From: Bdellovibrionales bacterium
Lineage (GTDB): Bacteria; Bdellovibrionota; Bdellovibrionia; Bdellovibrionales; JAGQZY01
Length of the DNA: 64,000 bases
Direction of reading: 5' to 3'
NCBI GenBank assembly: GCA_031426555.1
Contig: JANPLN010000008.1
Span: 1-64,000, forward strand
Positions 44,201 to 53,200 of this stretch are shown here, in pieces; position 1 is the first letter of the stretch, and every line of letters starts with the position of its first letter. Under the pieces are notes generated by a model, which was given only the letters and a program-made list of their open reading frames with translations, was not told the DNA's origin and ran no database searches. Made by a program: the position numbers and the translations under genes.

Positions 44201-47200
44201 CGGAACGTGTGTGGTGACTTTAGCCCCGGCAGCTGCCTGTACGGTCGTTATCGCCTTTAACCCCACAGGAACCGGTTTATTTTCGGATACAATAAATTTC
44301 AGCTACAACAACGGAGCGACAACCGTCAGCTCCACACGCCAAGTTCAAGGAACCGGCGCGGCGGCGGCTCTTATTACCATTACCGACACCGATCCATATG
44401 ACTACGGCAATATCACCGTGGGTTCTACCGCCACGCGCACGTTCACACTCACCAATACCGGAGCCATCGCTGCAACGGGTGTGGGTGGAAGCGGCTTGCT
44501 CGCTCCGTACTCTTTCCTCGGCGGATCGTATCCGGGCGGCGCTGCAACTTGCGGCGCTACAATTAACGCCGGAGCCAGTTGCACAATCATCGTTGAATTT
44601 GCACCGACGTCGGCTGTTGCGTCTTCGGACACCATCGACATCAATTATTATAATGGCGCTTCAGCACAAGTGAGCTCTCGTCAAGTGACGGGCACAGGCA
44701 CTGCGCCAGCGATGCTCGCCATCGATAGTGGACCTACTTATGACTACGGCTTGATTGCCAACGGCGGGGTGCGCGATCGCACCTTTACAGTTTCAAACAG
44801 TGGAGCCAGCGCAGCGTCGGCCATCAGTGAAATTGGTTTGGCAGCACCGTTTGCTTTCTTAGGTGGTGGATATCCTGGAACGGGTGGTACGTGCGGTGTC
44901 ACCATCGCCGCTGGCGCAAGTTGCACGCTCGTGATTCGTTACTCTCCAGTCGCCGTGGCTGCCCATAGCGATACCATTGATTTACAATACAACAACGGCG
45001 CCGCCACCGCCAACGCAACACGTGCGGTACAAGGTCAAGCAGGAGCTCCGGCTCTGGTGGCTATTTCCAACGGGCCTACTTATAACTACGGTACGCAAGC
45101 GACAGGATCGAGCACATCCTTTACGTTCACCCTCAACAACAGCGGTGCGGTGAGCGCCACAAGTATAGCCGATGCGGGCGCTTTAGCAGCTCCGTTTGTT
45201 TATGTTGGTGGAAGCTATCCTGGAACTCTCGGAACTTGTGGAGCAACCCTCACAGCCGGTGCGAATTGTACAATTGTCATTGCATTTGAACCTAGCGGTC
45301 TTGGTGTGGCGAGCGACACTGTGCAAATCAATTATAACAATGGTGCTTCGGCGCAAAACACAACTCGCGATTTCACTGGAACCGGCGCCGCTCCTGCCCT
45401 CTTAGCCATCGACAGCGGTCCAACGTATGATTTTGGCAACGTGACTGTTGGTGCATCCACCACCCGCACTTTCATCGTTTCAAACACCGGCGGAGTGGCC
45501 GCGACAACCATCGCCGACACGGCGGCACTGGCCGCTCCATTTAATTATTTAGGAGCTGGTTATCCTGGCACGGGTGGAACATGTAACAATACGCTCTCGG
45601 CTGGAGGCACATGTACCATCGTGCTTGAATTTGCACCGACCGGGACGGGTCTCGCGACAGATTCTGTAGTTTTAAGTTATTTCAATGGAGCAAGTTCACA
45701 AACTTCGACACGGGCGTTGCAAGGGACGGGACTTGCGCCAGCGCTTCTTACAATCTCGAATGGTCCTGGAAGTTACAACTTCGGCACTGTTCCAACAGGT
45801 AGCACCAACGACTTTACATTCACAGTGAGCAATACCGGTGGATCCATTGCAACAGCTCTCGCTGGCGCGGGCCTCGCCGCTCCTTACAGTTTTGTGGGTG
45901 GAAGTTATCCTGGGGGCGGAACCTGCGGTCTCACTATTGGGGTCGGTGCGAGTTGTTCCATCATCGTAAGATATGCGCCGATTGCCATCAGCGGTGCTGA
46001 TGTAGATACCATCGATATCACTTACAACAACGGCGTGTCGGCGCAGCTGAGCAATCGAGGATTGACCGCTGTGGCGGTAGCTCCAGCGGTATTAACCATC
46101 AGCGATTCCAACCCTTATAACTTTGGCACCTTGGCCGTAGGGGCCAGTGCACAGCGCACATTCACCATCACCAATACTGGAACTTTTCAAGCGACGGCCG
46201 TCGTCGAAAACGGCTTAGCAGTGCCATTCACATACGTCGGCGGCTCATATCCAGGAACCGCAGGTACATGTTCGAACACATTAAACGGCGGGGCCACTTG
46301 TACCATCGTTGTTCAGTACGCCCCCGGAGCGCCAAGTGTTCTCGATGCCGACGCCATCAGCTTCGACTACAACGACGGAGTCGTTGTGCAGACAACCACT
46401 CGCACGGTGCAAGGTGTGGCGGTGCCTCCGGCACTCATTACAATCAGCGATACGGATCCTTACGATTACGGAACCATTGCCCAAGGCTCTACACTCACGC
46501 GAACATTTACGCTCACCAACGCCGGCGGCTTTACAGCATCGGCCCTTCTTGAAACAGGCCTTGCGGCACCATTTGGTTATATGGGCGGCACGTTCCCTGG
46601 AACCGGCGGCACGTGTGCGGTGACCATTGCCCCGACCGCGGCTTGTACGGTGGTGATTGCGTTTAGCCCAGTGGGAACTGGTCTTTTTGCAGATACAATT
46701 AATTTTAGTTACAACAGCGGAGCGACAACTGTCAGCTCTACACGACAGATTCAAGGAACTGGCGCCGCACCAGCACTCATTACCATTACCGACACCGATC
46801 CGTATGATTATGGAAACATCACAGTGGGCGCCATGGCCACGCGCACATTTACGTTAACGAACACAGGCGCCATCAACGCCACTGGCGTGGGCGGAAGCGG
46901 CTTGCTCGCACCGTTCTCATTCCTCGGTGGATCATACCCAGGTGGAGCGGGAACTTGCGGAGCAACGATTAACGCTGGCGCAAGCTGTACTGTGATTGTT
47001 GAATTTGCTCCCACATCCGCAGTGGCGTCGTCAGACACCATGGATATCAATTATTACAATGGAGCCTCGGCGCAAGTCAGCTCGCGACAGCTCACGGGCA
47101 CCGGCGTTTCTCCAGCGCTCCTCACCATCGATAGCGGTCCAACCTATGACTACGGTTTGATTGCCAATGGCGGCGTTCGCGATCGCACCTTCAGTGTTAC

Positions 47201-50200
47201 AAACAGTGGAGCCAGCGCGGCTTCAGCGATCAGCGAAGTTGGGTTGGCGGCACCGTTTGCTTTCTTAGGTGGTGGTTATCCAGGAACAGGCGGAACATGC
47301 GGTGTGACCATCGCAGCTGGTGCCACATGTACCCTCGTGATTCGTTACTCGCCACTGGCGGTGGCTGCTCACAGCGATACCATTGATCTACAATACAACA
47401 ACGGCGCGGTCACAGCCAACGCCACCCGCGCAGTACAAGGTCAAGCTGGAGCGCCAGCTCTTATCACGATTTCTGACGGACCTACTTATAACTACGGAAC
47501 GCGAGCGACGGGTTCAAGCACATCCTATACTTTCACTCTTAATAACAGCGGAGCGGTGAACGCCACCAGCATGGCCGATGCCGCAGCTCTAGCAGCACCG
47601 TTTGTTTACGTGGGTGGAGGATATCCTGGAACATTGGGAACATGCGGAGCCACACTCACAGCGGGTGCAAGTTGTACTATCGTATTGGCATTTGAACCTA
47701 CTGGAACGGGTGTTGCTACAGACACTGTGCAAATCAATTATATCAATGGTGCTACGGCGCAAAACACAACCCGTGACTTAACAGGAACTGGCGCCAACCC
47801 AGCGCTCTTAGCCATCGACAGCGGTCCAACCTACAATTACGGCAGCGTCACAGTTGGTGGCATAGCAGATCGTACCTTCACAGTGAACAACACCGGCGGC
47901 GTGGCAGCAACTGCCGTGAGCGAAATTGGACTTGCTGCACCGTTTGCCTTCTTCGGTGGAACATTCCCAGGAACCGGTGGAACGTGCGCGGCTTCGATTT
48001 CGGCCGGCGCAAGTTGTACTTTGGTTGTGCGCTATTCGCCAACAGCCTCAGGCGTTGTTAACGACACGATCAATCTACAATACAATAACGGCGCGGCAAC
48101 AACCAACTCCACACGCGACGTCACAGCCGCTGGTCTCAGCCCTGCATCGATCACTTTGAGCGAGCTTGATCCTTATAATTATGGAACACGTCCCACAGGA
48201 AGTTTAAACAATTACACGTTCACTTTAACAAACGGCGGCGGTTCCACAGCCACAGCCATTGTGGGCGGTGGTTTGGCAGCTCCTTACAGTTTCTTCGGCG
48301 GAAGCTACCCTGGAACCGGCGGAACATGTATCGCGTCGCTCACGGCCGGCGCCAGCTGTACAATTGTGGTGCGCTATGCTCCAACGATTCCAAGTGTGGC
48401 CGACACCGACAGCATTCAGATTGATTACAACGATGGCGTGAATTCTCAGTCATCCCTTCGCCAGGTTACAGCTGTGGCGGTGGCTCCGGGACTTCTCACC
48501 ATCAGCGAATCCGATCCATATAATTTTGGTACCTTTGCCATCGGTGCAACAGCTCAACATTCGTTTACGATCACCAACACCGGCGGCTTCCAAGCCACGG
48601 GCCTCGTTGAAACAGGCATTGCGGCTCCATTTATTTACCTTGGTGGAGTGTATCCGGGAACTGGTGGAAATTGTTCGAACACTCTCAACGCCGGTGCCAG
48701 CTGTACGATCATGGTGCAGTACACGCCAAATGCAGCGGCCTTACAAACCGATACCATCGATTTTGCTTACAATGATGGTGTTAACGCGCAAACGGTGACT
48801 CGCCAAGTTCAGGGAACAGGTTCAGCTCCTGCCACGCTCACAATTTCGGATGCCGATCCTTACGATTACGGAACCATTGCGATCGGTGGAAGTTTAACGC
48901 ACTTCTTTACTATCTCGAATACGGGTGGATTTACTGCCACAGCCATGGCCGAAGTGGGAATTGCCGCTCCGTTTGTTTACGTCGGCGGTGCTTATCCTGG
49001 AACGGGTGGAACATGCGGTACAACGTTGACACCAATCACCAGCTGTTCGATCAACGTGGCCTTCTCTCCAACCGCAACCGGTTTAGTGGCTGACGTGATC
49101 ACGATGAATTATAACAACGGTGCAAGTATCCAATCGGTGAGTCGTCAAGTGCAAGGAACAGGAACTTCGTCAGCGTTAATTACGATTAGCGAATCAGATC
49201 CTTACAATTTCGGTAACATCACCATTGGTTCAAACACCAATCATATGTTCACGTTGATCAATTCGGGTGGTGTGCCTGCAACCGCCATGAGCGGTGGCGG
49301 CCTTGTTGCCCCATTTACTTTCCTCGGCGGAGCGTATCCAGGAACGGGTGGAACATGTACAAACAACCTGGGCGTGGGTAATGCCTGCACAATCTTTGTT
49401 GAATTTTCTCCCTTCTCTGGCGGACTTGCAGGTGACGCCATCGACATCAGTTACAACAACGGCGCGGCACCAGCCACTTCGCTGCGCACAATACAAGGAA
49501 CCGGAATCACTCCAGCCTTGTTGACGATTAGCGAAAGCGAACCTTACGATTTTGGTCTTGTGGCCAACAACGGCGTACGCAATTACGCCTTCACCATCTC
49601 CAATGCCGGCGGTTCAGCTGCCACGAGCATTTCTGAAGTGGGCATCGCAGCGCCATTTATTTATCTTGGTGGTGGTTATCCAGGAACGGGTGGAACATGC
49701 GGTACGGCTCTCGCGGCGTCCACCACTTGTACCATCGTCTTATCGTTCTCACCAACGGTTCTCGGCGCCTACACCGATTCGATCCAAGTGAATTATCAAA
49801 GCGGTGTTGGCGCAGCTTCGGCCACACGCGGAATTCAAGGGACAGCAGGGGCGCCAGCGCTTCTCACCATCAGCGATGGACCCACCTTCGACTACGGAAC
49901 AAAAGCTACAGGAAGCTCCACCGATAAAACCTACACCATCACCAACTCGGGTGCGGTGGCAGCCACAAGCATCGTGGATGCCGCGACCATGAATGCGCCG
50001 TTTGTGTTTAAAGGTGGCGGTTATCCAGGAGTGGGCGGAACCTGCGGAGCAAGCCTAGGTACCGGCGCTTCGTGTTTTATCGTTGTGAGCTTCGAGCCTA
50101 CACTCAACGGCTTGCAGACCGACTCCATCGAATTCAATTACAACAACGGCGCCAACACAACCAATACGTTGCGCGCGGTTCAAGGAACTGGCGCGGCCCC

Positions 50201-53200
50201 GGCAAGTTTATCCATCAGCGACTCCAATCCGTACTCGTTTGGCACAATCCCAACCGGCGGAACAACGCAGTACACGTTCACGGTGACAAACACAGGCTCG
50301 GTCACGGCCACCACCATGAGCGAAGTGGGCTTGACCACGCCATTTGGTTTTGTGGGCGGCACATACCCTGGAACGGGTGGAACTTGCAGCACCACGTTGA
50401 GCTCGGGCGGAAGTTGTACATTGGTTGTGCGTTACTCGCCAATCGCCACGGGCGTACAAAACGGCACTCTCACTATGAGTTACTTTAACGGAGTCAGCAC
50501 ACAAAACTCCAGCCGCACAGTCACTGGTACGGGCGCAGCTCCGGGAACAATTACGATCTCCGAAGTCAATCCTTACAGCTTTGGAATTGTGCCCACAAAC
50601 TCTACTCGCACGTACACCTTCACTCTTACGAACACGGGTGGATTCATCGCCACATCCATGGGCGGACTTGGTTTATCGGCTCCATATTCATTCTTAGGTG
50701 GTACATATCCTGGTGCCGGCGGGACGTGCGGTGTGACTCTCGCGGTGGGTGCAAACTGTACTGTGATCGTTCAATATGCGCCAACGGTGATTAGTGGTGC
50801 GGATAACGACACCATAGATATTTCGTTTAACGACGGTGTTGCGACGCAAACGTCCAGTCGCGATGTCACCGGTAGCGCCGTTGCGCCGGCGCTCCTTACC
50901 ATCAGTCAAACCGATCCATACAACTTCGGAAGCACACCTGCGGGGAACAACATTGATTTCACATTCACGGTTTCAAACACCGGAAGCGTCACTGCCACCT
51001 CAATTTCCGAAGTGGGCCTTGCCGCTCCATTTGGATTCCTCGGTGGAACATTCCCAGGGACTGGTGGAACATGTCTGGTCACTTTAAATCCTGCTTCAAG
51101 TTGTACCATTGTTCTTCGCTTTAACCCGGCCGTTGCGGGAGCGTATAGCGATACTATCAACTTAAATTATAACAATGGTGTGAGTGTTGTTTCCTCTACG
51201 CGCGATGTTCAAGGAACGGGCGTGTCCACAGCTAACATTCAAATTTCCGACGTGGATCCTTACAACTTCGGCACCATCGCCGTGGGCGCATCCACCAACT
51301 ACACGTTCACACTCACAAACACGGGTGGATTTACGGCAACCACCATGACAGAGGTTGGTGTGTCGGCTCCGTTCTCCTATGTGGGTGGCGCGTATCCTGG
51401 AACTGGTGGAACCTGCGGTGGAACTCTCACACCGGCTTCCGCTTGTACCATCGTGCTTCGTTTTACTCCAACCACAACGGGGCTGGCTCCTGATGTGATA
51501 GACGTGTCGTACTTTAACGGATCGGCCACTGTGACCTCATCGCGCTCCATTCAAGGAACGGGTGCATCACCTGCGCTTATCACCATCAGCGAAACCAATC
51601 CTTACGATTATGGCAACGTCACAAACGGTGGAAATTCAAATCATACCTTTACTGTGACTAACACAGGTGGTGTATCGGCCACCGCTATGGGCGGATCGGG
51701 CTTAGCGGCTCCATTTACATTCTTGGGTGGAAGCTACCCTGGAACCGGTGGAACCTGCGCGTTGAGTGTTGCGGCCGGCGGAAGTTGTTCCATCGTAGTC
51801 AATTTTGCTCCAACAGCTACTGGAATTCAAAGCAGCACCATCAACGTGGATTATTTTAACGGCGTTAGCTCGCAAACGTCCATGCGCAACGTGCAAGGAA
51901 ACGGAATTGCTCCAGCTCTCTTAACCATATCGGATTCAGATCCCTACGATTATGGTTTGCTTGCCAACAATGGAGTTCGTTCTCGTACATTTGTTATCAC
52001 CAACGCCGGTTCCAGTGCGGCTTCAGCCATCACCGAGATCGGTTTGGCAGCCCCCTTTGGATTCTTAGGTGGTGGTTACCCAGGAACTGGCGGAAATTGC
52101 GGGGCTTCACTGGCTCCGGCGGCTACATGTAATATCGTGATCGCTTACAGTCCTACAGTTTTGGGAGTGAATTCCGACACACTCAGCTTGCAGTATAATA
52201 ACGGTGCTGTGGTAACAACCGCCAATCGCACAGTCCAAGGAACAAGCGGAGCTCCAGCCACCTTGAGCTACTCGGGCATCAGTCCATTTAACTACGGTAT
52301 CAGAGCGACAGGATCCACAACCGATCAAACATTCACCATCACCAACACCGGTGCGGTGATGGCCACAGCCATTGTGGATAGCGGAAACATGGCGGCGCCA
52401 TTTGTTTTCAAAGGCGCGCCATATCCTGGAGTGGGCGGAACTTGCGGAGCGACTATTGCGGCCGCCGCGAGCTGCACAGTGGTGGTTTCGTTCCAGCCAA
52501 CCAGCAATGGTCTGCAGACGGACGACATTGAACTCAACTTCAACAACGGCGCTGGCACAGTGGCGGGACTGCATCCATTGCAAGGAACCGGCGCATCGCC
52601 TGCCAGCTTAACCATTTCCGAATCAAATCCTTACACCTATCCATCCGTCACCGCGGGCTCCACCTCGGCCTACGTATTTACGGTCACAAACACCGGCGGC
52701 GTGGTGGCCTCGGCCCTCAGCGAAGTGGGACTGAACGTGCCATTTAGATTCCGTGGTGGATCATATCCTGGAACCAGTGGAACCTGCGGTGCCACACTCA
52801 GTAGCGGCTCTTCGTGCAACCTCGACATCGAATTTGCGCCCATTGCCACAGGACTTGTAACCGACACCATCGACATTTCGTACTTCAACGGTCAGTCCAC
52901 AGCCAACGCACAACGAAACATTCAAGGTACCGGATTGTCCGTGGCCACTCTTGCCATCAGTAGCTCGGATCCCTACAACTTTGGTACCGTAGCGACAGGC
53001 GGAACAGCCACGTTTGTGTTCACGGTGACAAACTCAGGATCCTCCGCCGCCACTAGTATCGCCGAAGTGGGCTTAGCAGCCCCGTTTGTATTCCCAGGTG
53101 GATACCCAGGAACAACGGGAACATGTACCACCACGCTCCCTGCGAGCTCCACATGTACAATTCAGGTAGCCTTCAGCCCGGGTTTAACTGGGCTGCAATC